From Candidatus Hadarchaeota archaeon (GTDB taxonomy: Archaea > Hadarchaeota > Hadarchaeia > Hadarchaeales > Hadarchaeaceae): DNA of 32,000 bases. Each line of letters starts with the position of its first letter. The stretch's first letter is position 1. Positions 1 through 8,046 of this stretch are shown here, one piece after another. The notes beneath the pieces were generated by a model, which had not been told where the DNA came from, searched no databases, and worked only from the letters and a program-made list of their open reading frames with translations. The position numbers and the translations under genes are program-made. Location: assembly GCA_964514965.1 (NCBI GenBank), contig CAZETV010000001.1, positions 360,001 through 392,000 on the forward strand, in the 5' to 3' direction.

Positions 1-1383
1 CCCGGTGTTATAAAAGAGTTTCTCGGGCAGGAGGATAACGCACTCGATCAGGTCATCTTTGAGAACCCCTTCTCTGATGCTCCTCTCCTTCCCCCCCCTG
101 AACAAACAGCCATTGTCTATGACCACCCCAACCCTACCATTCCCTCCATCCGCGGAGCTGAGCATGTGCTGAATCCAAGCCCAATCAGCGGACTGATTTG
201 GAGTAAATCCATAAGCATATCGCTGTTTCCAGAACTCTCCTTTCTTCAATACGTCTTCACCAAAGCCCTTTTGATTCCAAGGAGGATTTGCGATCACCAC
301 ATTGAATTTCTTCAAAAAGTTGCCCTCCCTGAATTTTGGGTACAGTAAAGTATCCCCTAAGGCTAGGTTAACGTCCCTGATACCATGGATGTAAAGGTTC
401 ATCTTACAAAGGCCGTATATTTCACGGTTGGCCTCTTGACCATAGATAAAAAGCTGCTTGGCCTTCTCCTTTCCGTATTTTTCTTTGACGTGGTTGTAAG
501 AGAGTATCAGCATGCCGCCCGAGCCAAAAGCAGGATCGTAAACGGATTCTCTAGGCGTGGGGTCCAAAATCTCGACAAGTAGTTTTATTACCTCTCGGGG
601 AGTGTAGACTTCCCCCTCCTTCGCCTTCTGCGGGGCGAAATATCGGAGAACCCACTCATATGCGTCGCCGAGTATGTCTGGGGAGACTCGGTGTAATTTT
701 CTGGAGCTGAAAAGTTCAACAAGCTGCCTCAATATCTCAAAATTCTCGGTGCTCCTAGTGAACTGGATAAAGTCAGCTCTATCGATAACGTCTCTGAGTT
801 CGGGGTTTCTCTCCGCCAAGACTTTTAAGCACTCCGCAAGCCTCGCGGGAAGCCTGTTGACATCCTTTCGTACGTTATCCCACAGAAATTCACTTGGTAA
901 ATCGAAATCGTGGTAAACGCTACTCTTGGCCTCCTCTCTAGCCTCCTCTTCGCTCAAACCATCCTTGAGGGCTTCTCTATAGGCGATTTCAAATTCGACC
1001 TCCCATTTATCGCTGATCCGTTTCAGAAAAAGGAGGATGAGGATGAACTTGTAGTCTACTCTTGTTCTTATCAGGTCGGCCGCCTTTTTCAATAATCCCT
1101 CAAGGTCCTGCCTGGTTAATGCGCCGGCCCTCGCGATGCCCTCTATCAGAAACTCCTTCATGCTCCTCAGCGTGTAAACACTTTTTCTCGCATCCGAGGG
1201 GTCCGACCGTGCTTTGAGCCTTCCAGCTTTTCTGAGTTCCGAGAGGATTACGTTCACGTTCCTTTCGTTCTCCTTCAGCTTCTGCCTGAGCGCAGCGACG
1301 GCATCAGAGCGTGTAAAGGGTCGGTCTTGAAATACGTTCCATAAACCCAAATATCGCTCCTCAAGCCATTTGCTAAGTGTCAT
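1..1383 (-). CDS. hsdM: Type I restriction-modification DNA methyltransferase subunit (HsdM), 3' end runs off the window; carries an extra N-terminal winged-helix-like segment
   Basis: My own reverse-strand translation is open for 461 codons from ATG at 1383-1381 to the window edge. It is missing from the ORF track because it is edge-truncated. AdoMet motif VYDPAFGSGGML, catalytic IANPPWNQ (NPPW at 277-288) and an HsdM_N-like segment DYKFILILLFLKRISDKWE are present. Confidence 0.85.
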   Translation of the reverse strand, partial: MTLSKWLEERYLGLWNVFQDRPFTRSDAVAALRQKLKENERNVNVILSELRKAGRLKARSDPSDARKSVYTLRSMKEFLIEGIARAGALTRQDLEGLLKKAADLIRTRVDYKFILILLFLKRISDKWEVEFEIAYREALKDGLSEEEAREEAKSSVYHDFDLPSEFLWDNVRKDVNRLPARLAECLKVLAERNPELRDVIDRADFIQFTRSTENFEILRQLVELFSSRKLHRVSPDILGDAYEWVLRYFAPQKAKEGEVYTPREVIKLLVEILDPTPRESVYDPAFGSGGMLILSYNHVKEKYGKEKAKQLFIYGQEANREIYGLCKMNLYIHGIRDVNLALGDTLLYPKFREGNFLKKFNVVIANPPWNQKGFGEDVLKKGEFWKQRYAYGFTPNQSADWAWIQHMLSSADGGNGRVGVVIDNGCLFRGGKERSIREGVLKDDLIECVILLPEKLFYNTG

Positions 1384-1459
1384 ACATCTCCAATTTTCCG
1401 GAAACTTTAAATTATATACGCTTTTTTGTTTTAGCTTACTAAATAAGCTTTATGATAAC

Positions 1460-1861
1460 CTAATGGATAATCCCGCGAGCCCTCAAGCTTGTGTAACCCT
1501 CGCCCCCAATTATCACATGATCCTGAATCCAAACACCTATCGTCTTGCCGATCCTGACTAGCTTTTTGGTGACTTCGATATCCGACTCGCTGGGCTCTGG
1601 ACTCCTACTTGGATGATTGTGGACGAGAATTATGGAAGCAGCAGAATTTTTGAGCGCACTCTCGAACACCTCCCGAGGGCGGAGCAGGGTTATGTCGGCG
1701 GCTCCACCTGATATTGTCTCACAATTTATCAGCCTGTTTTGGAGATCGAGGGAAATAAGCTTGATCACCTCGTGCTTGAGGACCCGGATCTCCTCTCTGA
1801 CCAACTCGAAGACATCTTCCGGCCTTGCAACATGAACCCGCTCGTTTTCAGCAGGCCTCAT
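1460..1861 (-). CDS. radC: RadC-like JAB/JAMM domain protein (stand-alone, no HhH N-domain)
   Basis: 133 aa with the JAMM signature ILVHNHPSRSPEPSESDIEVTKKL followed by DHVIIG. It lies 76 nt upstream of hsdM on the same strand. Confidence 0.85.
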   Translation of the reverse strand: MRPAENERVHVARPEDVFELVREEIRVLKHEVIKLISLDLQNRLINCETISGGAADITLLRPREVFESALKNSAASIILVHNHPSRSPEPSESDIEVTKKLVRIGKTIGVWIQDHVIIGGEGYTSLRARGIIH

Positions 1862-2174
1862 TATTCCCGCCGTGGCTTTGAGTGAAGGTTGTTTATATGG
1901 GGAAAATGTGGGGAGCCGATTTAACCAACATTATCTCAAAAATGATAACTTGGGTTAATCGAGTCAACTACCCCCATGAATGCTATTAGATTTCTTACCC
2001 TCCGTGACGCTCCAAAGGAATGCGCGATGAATCAGTCAACCCCTCAGCACCCGCCATGTCCTCACCGCTTCAGCGAGTGCCGGCCGCCCCTCAACAATTC
2101 TCCAGAATTTATGCGCAAGTCCCCTAGAGCGGAAAAGTTAAAACCATGTTTAGGACGAAGCTATAGGTTTAAAA

Positions 2175-3134
2175 ATGACCTGGAAGCACGCGATGATTCC
2201 GGTTGCAGCGTTGATCTTGGTTGTTTTGGCGATTTCCGTGATTTTTCAGGCAAATATGAAAGTTCCACATGAGGGAAGATGGGGCATCTATAGACTCAGC
2301 TTGGCTAACGAGAAAACCGAATTGATCTACAGCACCTCGAACAAGATCACTGGATTGGGACTGAGCGTTCATGGGGATATATTCACGTTTTCCGAACAGA
2401 TGGATGGGAGCGGGAATAATTACGAAGAGATAGTGACGCTGAATGTAGACGGGACGGGTTTGGCGAGACTCACAAACAACATATATTGGGACGTGTACCC
2501 AGTCTGGTCTCCCGATGGCACGGAGATAGCCTTCCTCAGCTTTCGCGAAAACAATATGGACATTTACGTGATGGACAACGATGGAACCGATGCCAGACTG
2601 TTGTTCGACTCCGGCTCCCATGACTCGGACATCAACTGGGTGGGGGACAGGATCGTTTTCACGTCGAATAGTGCCATATGGATAATGAACGACAACGGGA
2701 CTGGTCAGACTCAGGTAACCTTTCCGCCCCGCGCAGGGGAGTGGGGAAACTCAAACCTGCCGTTCGGCGATTACGACCCCAGGTTGAGCCCGAGCGGGAC
2801 AAAGATTGTTTTTGAGAGGCTGGAAAACGATGCCAGCCAGCACGGCAACTACAATATATATTCAGTCAATCCCGATGGGTCAGGGGAAACTCGGCTCACG
2901 AATACCGGGTACAGCCAGGGGCTCGCGTGGTGGTCCAACTCGGGAGACAAGCTGATATATATTGTTTCGGCGATCGATGGCGAGGGAAAGTACGACATTT
3001 ACATGATGGATTCGGACGGAACAAACAACCGGAACATCACGCCAGGTTATTTCCCGGCGGATTTCCTGATACATTCGGCGGTGTTCTCACCAGACGATTC
3101 GGAGATTTATTTCGTGGGCGAGTGGTGGGAATAA
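2175..3134 (+). CDS. TolB-like PD40/WD40-like beta-propeller protein with N-terminal membrane anchor
   Basis: N-terminal hydrophobic segment IPVAALILVVLAISVIF. Repeated PD40-type units: WSPDGTEIAFLS..DIYVMDNDGT, LSPSGTKIVFER..NIYSVNPDGS, WSNSGDKLIYIV..DIYMMDSDGT and FSPDDSEIYF. Confidence 0.75.
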   Translation: MTWKHAMIPVAALILVVLAISVIFQANMKVPHEGRWGIYRLSLANEKTELIYSTSNKITGLGLSVHGDIFTFSEQMDGSGNNYEEIVTLNVDGTGLARLTNNIYWDVYPVWSPDGTEIAFLSFRENNMDIYVMDNDGTDARLLFDSGSHDSDINWVGDRIVFTSNSAIWIMNDNGTGQTQVTFPPRAGEWGNSNLPFGDYDPRLSPSGTKIVFERLENDASQHGNYNIYSVNPDGSGETRLTNTGYSQGLAWWSNSGDKLIYIVSAIDGEGKYDIYMMDSDGTNNRNITPGYFPADFLIHSAVFSPDDSEIYFVGEWWE

Positions 3135-3161
3135 AAAAAGGTTTCATGTTCTGTTCACGGC

Positions 3162-4538
3162 ATGACCGAACCACATTTACGGGTAAAAACGAGGGTACGA
3201 CATCACACGGAAACTGGTAGCGGTTTTTTATTCACCAACGCACACCCAAACTTGGTTGAGAGCGTGACACTCGAGGAGAAGACCATCCACGACCCAGTGC
3301 ACGGGAGCATGCGCCTCAGCGGCCTTGTGCTCGATCTCGTAGACACTCCCGAAGTCCAGCGCCTCCGGGGCATACTGCAGCTCGGCCTGGCAAACCTCGC
3401 ATTTCCCGGAGCCAACCACTCGCGCTTCGAGCATGTCCTCGGCGTGGCGTACCTCGCAAAACGCATAGGCGATGAGCTAAGGCTGTCCAAGAATGAGCTC
3501 AACCTCCTGCTCGCCGCGGCGATGCTTCACGATATCGGCCACGCGCCCTACTCCCACACGCTCGAGTACCTGATGACCGAATACGCCGGCAAGAATCACA
3601 TGGAGATCACCGGCGACATCGTCAGGGGCAATTTGGGAGTCTGCTCGGGGGAAGAACTCGAAATGCTTCGGAAGCTGAAGGTGCCGAGCGTCCCGAAGGT
3701 CCTTGAGCGCCATGGGGTCGATTCCAAGGAGGTCGCCCTTCTACTGCTCGGGAGAAATCGAAAGCCTTACCTCGGGCAACTGATCCACGGCGACATCGAT
3801 GTCGACCAGATGGATTACCTGCTGCGCGACGCACACTTCACCGGTGTCGCCCTGGGGATGATAGACGCCGACCGCCTGATACGTACGCTCGTCGTCAACC
3901 GCAATCGCCTGGCAATCCTCAGCAAGGGAATCGAGGCCGTGGAGGGGCTACTCACCGCCCGCGCGCTGATGTACAGCTCGGTCTACTTCCATCACACGGT
4001 GCGGGTGGCCGAACTGATGCTCGCAAACGCCGTTGAGTTCGCGATTTTGCAAGATGGGCCGATCACCCGAGACAACTTTTACCTGATGACGGACGCCGAG
4101 CTGATGGAGCATCTTCACTCGATGGACGGATATCCGAGAGATATCGTCATGCGCCTCCGGTACCGGCAGCTTTTCAAGAGCGCCTACGTCGAACAGCGGA
4201 GGGAACTATCGAGGACGGGGAAGAGACAAATTTTAAAGAGGTACGGCGGATGGGGTCGTGTCCGAGAGATTCAAAACCAGATCGCTGACAAAGCCGGGGT
4301 CCCACGCGGTCATGTTATTTTGGATGTGCCTTTCGCCGATATCCTGATCTTCGAGCCCCGCTTGGAGAAGGTCGAGGTGCCGGTGCTCGCGGAGGGGAAG
4401 CTGGAAAAGTTATCCAATCTCTCGCCGATAGCATCTGCAATCAAGAAGCGGCAGGCCCCCCGCTACCTGCTACAGGTCGCCACCAAACCAGAATACGTGA
4501 GCCGAGTGAGGCGGGCGGCAAAAAAAATTCTAGGCTAG
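3162..4538 (+). CDS. HD-domain metal-dependent phosphohydrolase (COG1078 / SAMHD1-like dNTPase-type)
   Basis: Motifs IHDPVHG, HSRFEHVLGVAYL, MLHDIGHAPYSHTLE and DVDQMDYLLRDAHFTGV. The true start may be the in-frame TTG at 3252 or GTG at 3264, just before the conserved IHDPVHG segment. Confidence 0.85.
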   Translation: MTEPHLRVKTRVRHHTETGSGFLFTNAHPNLVESVTLEEKTIHDPVHGSMRLSGLVLDLVDTPEVQRLRGILQLGLANLAFPGANHSRFEHVLGVAYLAKRIGDELRLSKNELNLLLAAAMLHDIGHAPYSHTLEYLMTEYAGKNHMEITGDIVRGNLGVCSGEELEMLRKLKVPSVPKVLERHGVDSKEVALLLLGRNRKPYLGQLIHGDIDVDQMDYLLRDAHFTGVALGMIDADRLIRTLVVNRNRLAILSKGIEAVEGLLTARALMYSSVYFHHTVRVAELMLANAVEFAILQDGPITRDNFYLMTDAELMEHLHSMDGYPRDIVMRLRYRQLFKSAYVEQRRELSRTGKRQILKRYGGWGRVREIQNQIADKAGVPRGHVILDVPFADILIFEPRLEKVEVPVLAEGKLEKLSNLSPIASAIKKRQAPRYLLQVATKPEYVSRVRRAAKKILG

Positions 4539-5120
4539 GGCTTTCCGCCCTTGGTCGGTCAGCTTCAGGTGCGCGTCCAGATAACCGAGGGTTTGCAGTA
4601 TGGTGACATGCACCCTCGAAACCGACACGGGCACCCCCGCATCGCTGGCTGCCTTCTCCAAACGCACACCGCTTTCAAGACTTTGCAGGATACTCCTACC
4701 AATTTCACCCACGAGCAACTCGTCGGCGAACCTCCGTTTGGCTATGGGGTCCATCCCCGGCTGCGCGGCGAGAATGCGCTTGAGGAGTTCCGATCCTGGC
4801 TTAAGGCCATATTTATTGATGAGCACTCGCTGACAGGCGCTTGACCCCCCTATCGCACACCTGAGGCCCTCGAGGTCCTTAACCATTTCAAACAGATCCC
4901 CAAAACTTTCCGTCCTTTCCTTGGTTCCAACGCCTACGTTTCCGCGGAGCGCCTCGTTAGCATCCTGCAATCTTTGCATTTCCCTGCGCAGAGAATTGAT
5001 TTCCCCCAAAAGTCTGCGCCTTCGGATAATGCCGCCGCCGGAAAAGAGGATTATTCCCAAGAGCAGTAGGATGATGACTACTAACAAAGCGTCTACCCAC
5101 ATCCCGACCACTGCCACCAT
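4530..5120 (-). CDS. Hypothetical membrane-anchored protein: N-terminal TM, coiled coil and C-terminal HTH-like region
   Basis: A TM segment (WVDALLVVIILLLLGIILF) is followed by RRRR, then a heptad-like stretch (LGEINSLRREMQRLQDANEALR). The C-terminus GVPVSVSRVHVTILQTLGYLD..LTDQGRKAL resembles a winged-helix recognition region. No family recognised. Confidence 0.5.
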   Translation of the reverse strand: MVAVVGMWVDALLVVIILLLLGIILFSGGGIIRRRRLLGEINSLRREMQRLQDANEALRGNVGVGTKERTESFGDLFEMVKDLEGLRCAIGGSSACQRVLINKYGLKPGSELLKRILAAQPGMDPIAKRRFADELLVGEIGRSILQSLESGVRLEKAASDAGVPVSVSRVHVTILQTLGYLDAHLKLTDQGRKALA

Positions 5121-5202
5121 TTAAGCACTCCTAGACTTAAAAACAGGTGGTTGGGGTCTTGAAAGAGAGAAATGGCCTGAATAAGACGATTTCCGCGAAG
5201 TT

Positions 5203-5856
5203 TCACTTTACGAGCTTATCGACTTCCTCTTCGGAGAGCTCTTGGTAACCCTTTTCATCGATTTTGGCGACGACTATCTTTTCACCCGTCGCCACATCCC
5301 GCTCGATGGCTATTTTAATCGACTGCGCCACCAGCTTCACCCCGTCGTCGAGCGTCATCTCATCGCGATAGTTCTGCTCAAGCACGCCGTATGCTACCGT
5401 CGACCCCGTGCCCGCGCTCGCGAACTTCTCCTCCTCGAGTTTTCCCCCGACTGGGTCTAGGAAGTAAAGGCGCGACCCGTCAGCGTCGACGCCAGAAATC
5501 ACGCCGGCAACAATGTATGGAAACCCTCGCCGCCCATGAAGCACATTTGACGCCACTTGAGCTAGACTCTTCGTCGAGATCGGGCGCTCGTGATTCAAGC
5601 GGTAGAGGTTGGCCTCAGCTCGGAGCATGTTGACCAAGCTCTGAACATCGCCCGAGCTGCCCGAGACGGCTGCCCCGATGCGCTCCTCAAGCTTAAACAC
5701 TTTCCTGACGCGCTTGCTGAGCACAAGATAGTAGGCTGCGCCCCGAGTATCTGAAGCCAAGGCGACTCCATCCTTGCATCGCACTCCCACAATTGTACCG
5801 GTAAATCCGTACATCGTTATCAAATCTAATTTAAAGCACCGACTATAAAACTTCAT
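5203..5856 (-). CDS. psmB: 20S proteasome beta subunit
   Basis: Ntn-hydrolase beta-subunit pattern GTIVGVRCKDGVALASDTRG....KVFKL...AVSGSSGDVQ. The alternative start ATG at 5814 (MYGFTG...) gives a short propeptide. The ORF start at 5856 overlaps the upstream stop as ATGA. Confidence 0.85.
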   Translation of the reverse strand: MKFYSRCFKLDLITMYGFTGTIVGVRCKDGVALASDTRGAAYYLVLSKRVRKVFKLEERIGAAVSGSSGDVQSLVNMLRAEANLYRLNHERPISTKSLAQVASNVLHGRRGFPYIVAGVISGVDADGSRLYFLDPVGGKLEEEKFASAGTGSTVAYGVLEQNYRDEMTLDDGVKLVAQSIKIAIERDVATGEKIVVAKIDEKGYQELSEEEVDKLVK

Positions 5857-6263
5857 CGTCTAAGTATTGCAACAGATATCACTATTGCTGAAATAGCGAT
5901 TACCACAATCAAGATAATCAACGTGTAGTCAAAAGTCATCGGTGGAATCTCCTGAGGAGTTATGCTAGCCAAACGTGTTCCTTCCGTCATGAAGCTGCCG
6001 TAGGGGGTGTCATAAGTTACGAGCGCGGTTATGGTACTGTTTTCAACTCCCTGCCCGAGCCCGATGTCCTTAACGCTGATATCAAAGTCTACCATTTGAT
6101 TGTGATTGTATAACAGGTTATCAATAGTCTGCACGGCTGGCACCTCGAAGTAAGTTTGGTCTGCCTGTAGTTGCACTTGTATGTTCTCAATTGTTTGAGT
6201 ACCCCCTATTCTGAACTGCAGCGCGCCAGCTCCAGACTCCGTTTTGGATTTGTGATGTGACAT
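5853..6263 (-). CDS. C-terminal fragment of a surface protein (Ig/CARDB-like sandwich plus C-terminal TM anchor); probably continuous with 6187..7356 through a frameshift
   Basis: 136 aa ending in YTLIILIVVIAISAIVISVAILRR, a TM segment with a basic tail. It overlaps the upstream ORF by 77 nt in another frame. Confidence 0.55.
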   Translation of the reverse strand: MSHHKSKTESGAGALQFRIGGTQTIENIQVQLQADQTYFEVPAVQTIDNLLYNHNQMVDFDISVKDIGLGQGVENSTITALVTYDTPYGSFMTEGTRLASITPQEIPPMTFDYTLIILIVVIAISAIVISVAILRR

Positions 6264-7356
6264 CTAGGGTTACCTCCACCGCTACCTCGCGCACTATTGT
6301 TGACACGGTTCTGTCCACAGTTAAGTTGGGATCGGTAGACCCGGAGTATTGGTAGGATGGTCTACTACAGTCACCCGGTATCATTATTTGGCCATCTTTG
6401 ACGAGATTCGTGCCGTCGCTGGTCGTCAGCACTAGGTGGTCGGGGCTTAGTTTACAAAAATCCCATTCTTGACCGCCCCACAGCGTGTCGATCGGAACCC
6501 ATTCAACACCCGGCAGATACACGAACGCCCATGCGTGCCCCATCCGTGTAATATCAGTACCGTATTGAGGTTGATACGCGTAACCAGCCACATGTTTCGC
6601 TGGTATGCCAGCTGCGCGAGCGAGAGCGATAAACAAATTGGTGTACCCACTACAGTCCCCCATGCGATTTGTATACGCCCAGAGGGCGCTGTGCTCTTCG
6701 TTGTACACCACGTAAGTTAGATAATCTTGAACAAAATCGAATATCTGTTTTGCCTTGTAGTAGTAGTTAGAATAATTATCGGTCAGTTCTTGCGCTTTAC
6801 TGTAAATCTCCGAATCGTCACTTTCCCACAGGTGGGCAACAGGCTGTGTGTATTGGAGCTTCTCTGCTGGGATGTTGCCATACACCATGTCAGGAGTAAT
6901 CCCCGGGGCGACGTAATCAACTTTCAAAACTTGCGTTATGACAATCGTTTTTGATGCTCCAGCGGTAATTGTGCCCAACGACGCTTTCACGATGCGATTG
7001 TCATCTGTGCGGATGATTTCATAGCTATCAAGCGAGTCGCTCAACTGGATGTTCTCGCTCAACACTTGCTGGCTTGCCCAACCCGATTTATTATCGAAAA
7101 TGAAAAGGGGCTCAACAACCACGTTAGTCGCTGCGACAGACCCGTTGTTGGAAACCAGATATGTTTTCTGAATGCGATAAACCACAGAATTCGTTGACTC
7201 ATCTGCGCTCGCTAGGGGCTGGATAAGCAACACGAACAAGACCACTCCCAGCAGCAAGAACCTTCGTACGTAAATCCCCAACTCAACTGATCGGGCCACA
7301 TATAAAAAGTGTTCAAAAATTGATGCTTGATTTTCCCCTTTATAAGGAACTTTCAT
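6187..7356 (-). CDS. Secreted transglutaminase-like (Cys-His-Asp) protein
   Basis: Transglutaminase core GDCSGYTNLFIALARAAGIPAKHVAGY ... GHAWAFVYLPGVEWVPIDT. Signal-like segment VRRFLLLGVVLFVLLIQPLASA, where RRFLL is Tat-like. A more likely start is TTG at 7281 or GTG at 7299, about 18-25 nt downstream of a TTTTTATAT box. Confidence 0.75.
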   Translation of the reverse strand: MKVPYKGENQASIFEHFLYVARSVELGIYVRRFLLLGVVLFVLLIQPLASADESTNSVVYRIQKTYLVSNNGSVAATNVVVEPLFIFDNKSGWASQQVLSENIQLSDSLDSYEIIRTDDNRIVKASLGTITAGASKTIVITQVLKVDYVAPGITPDMVYGNIPAEKLQYTQPVAHLWESDDSEIYSKAQELTDNYSNYYYKAKQIFDFVQDYLTYVVYNEEHSALWAYTNRMGDCSGYTNLFIALARAAGIPAKHVAGYAYQPQYGTDITRMGHAWAFVYLPGVEWVPIDTLWGGQEWDFCKLSPDHLVLTTSDGTNLVKDGQIMIPGDCSRPSYQYSGSTDPNLTVDRTVSTIVREVAVEVTLDVTSQIQNGVWSWRAAVQNRGYSNN

Positions 7357-7377
7357 CCAAAACCTCGGCGGGATGCA

Positions 7378-8046
7378 ATGGATGAGAAATCTATGACGAA
7401 ACTGAGCCTGCTCTGCTCGCTGACGGGATTGACGGCGATTTACGCCGCGGCGATTCAGGCCAGCCCAACGATGACCCCCATCGCGAGCCTGAACGATGAA
7501 TTCGTCGGCCTACAGGTGGCGATTTCGGGGCAGGTTGTAGACCTCTATGAACATCCAGACGGGCACCTCTTCCTGAAGCTCAAGGACGGCTCAGGAGGCG
7601 TAGTGAGCGTCCCGGTGTTCGCTCGGGTGCGGAGTGAGCTGAGCGAGCCTATAGAGTTCCTAGATGTAGTTCAGGTGACAGGTGAGGTGAAGCTCTACGG
7701 AGGCCAGCGCGAAGTAATACCCGGGCGAGCGGGTGACTTGCGGGTGGTGCACACCGCGCCGGTCAAACTTTCGAGCCTGGGCCAGGAGAACGCGGACGTA
7801 CCGGTGAAGGTCCAGGGCACCATCGTAGAGCGCGAGATAGTGGGGGGCGGGAATCTACTCCTGACGCTGCGCGAGGACTGTGGCCAGCTGCTGGTATTCG
7901 TCCCTGCGTGGGTTGTCGAGGATGGCCTGCCCGAGCTCCATGTCGGCAACGTGGTGCGCGTCAACGGATGGCTTCAACTCTACAACGGCGAGCTCGAGCT
8001 GAAGCTCAAGAGTGCATCGCACTTGCAGGTCATCGAGGCGGCCTAG
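7378..8046 (+). CDS. Membrane-anchored protein with two OB-fold (tRNA_anti-like) domains
   Basis: The track ORF starts at TTG 7327 and overlaps the divergent gene. ATG 7378 or 7393 is more plausible because CTTTATAAGG lies upstream. TM segment LSLLCSLTGLTAIYAAAI. Two OB-like units: VAISGQVVDLYEHPDGHLFLKLKDGSG..VQVTGEVKLYGGQREV and VKVQGTIVEREIVGGGNLLLTLRED..VRVNGWLQLYNGELEL. Confidence 0.6.
   Translation: MDEKSMTKLSLLCSLTGLTAIYAAAIQASPTMTPIASLNDEFVGLQVAISGQVVDLYEHPDGHLFLKLKDGSGGVVSVPVFARVRSELSEPIEFLDVVQVTGEVKLYGGQREVIPGRAGDLRVVHTAPVKLSSLGQENADVPVKVQGTIVEREIVGGGNLLLTLREDCGQLLVFVPAWVVEDGLPELHVGNVVRVNGWLQLYNGELELKLKSASHLQVIEAA

Noticed and set aside
1433-1449. Perfect 6-bp inverted repeat AGCTTA-CTAAA-TAAGCT between radC and hsdM, considered as a terminator or operator
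   Set aside because: On the transcribed (-) strand it is followed by an A-rich rather than T-rich run. It is also short and A/T-rich enough to occur by chance, so there is not enough evidence to call it a feature.
1976-2272. 98-aa + strand ORF upstream of and overlapping the TolB-like gene
   Set aside because: The composition is Pro/Cys/Arg-rich and not protein-like. There is no recognisable motif, and it overlaps the well-supported start of the 2175 gene in another frame.
4530-4538. Convergent genes share the 9-bp sequence CTAGGCTAG, which supplies both stop codons
   Set aside because: It is real in the sequence but is a trivial consequence of tight convergent packing. No hairpin or regulatory implication could be supported.
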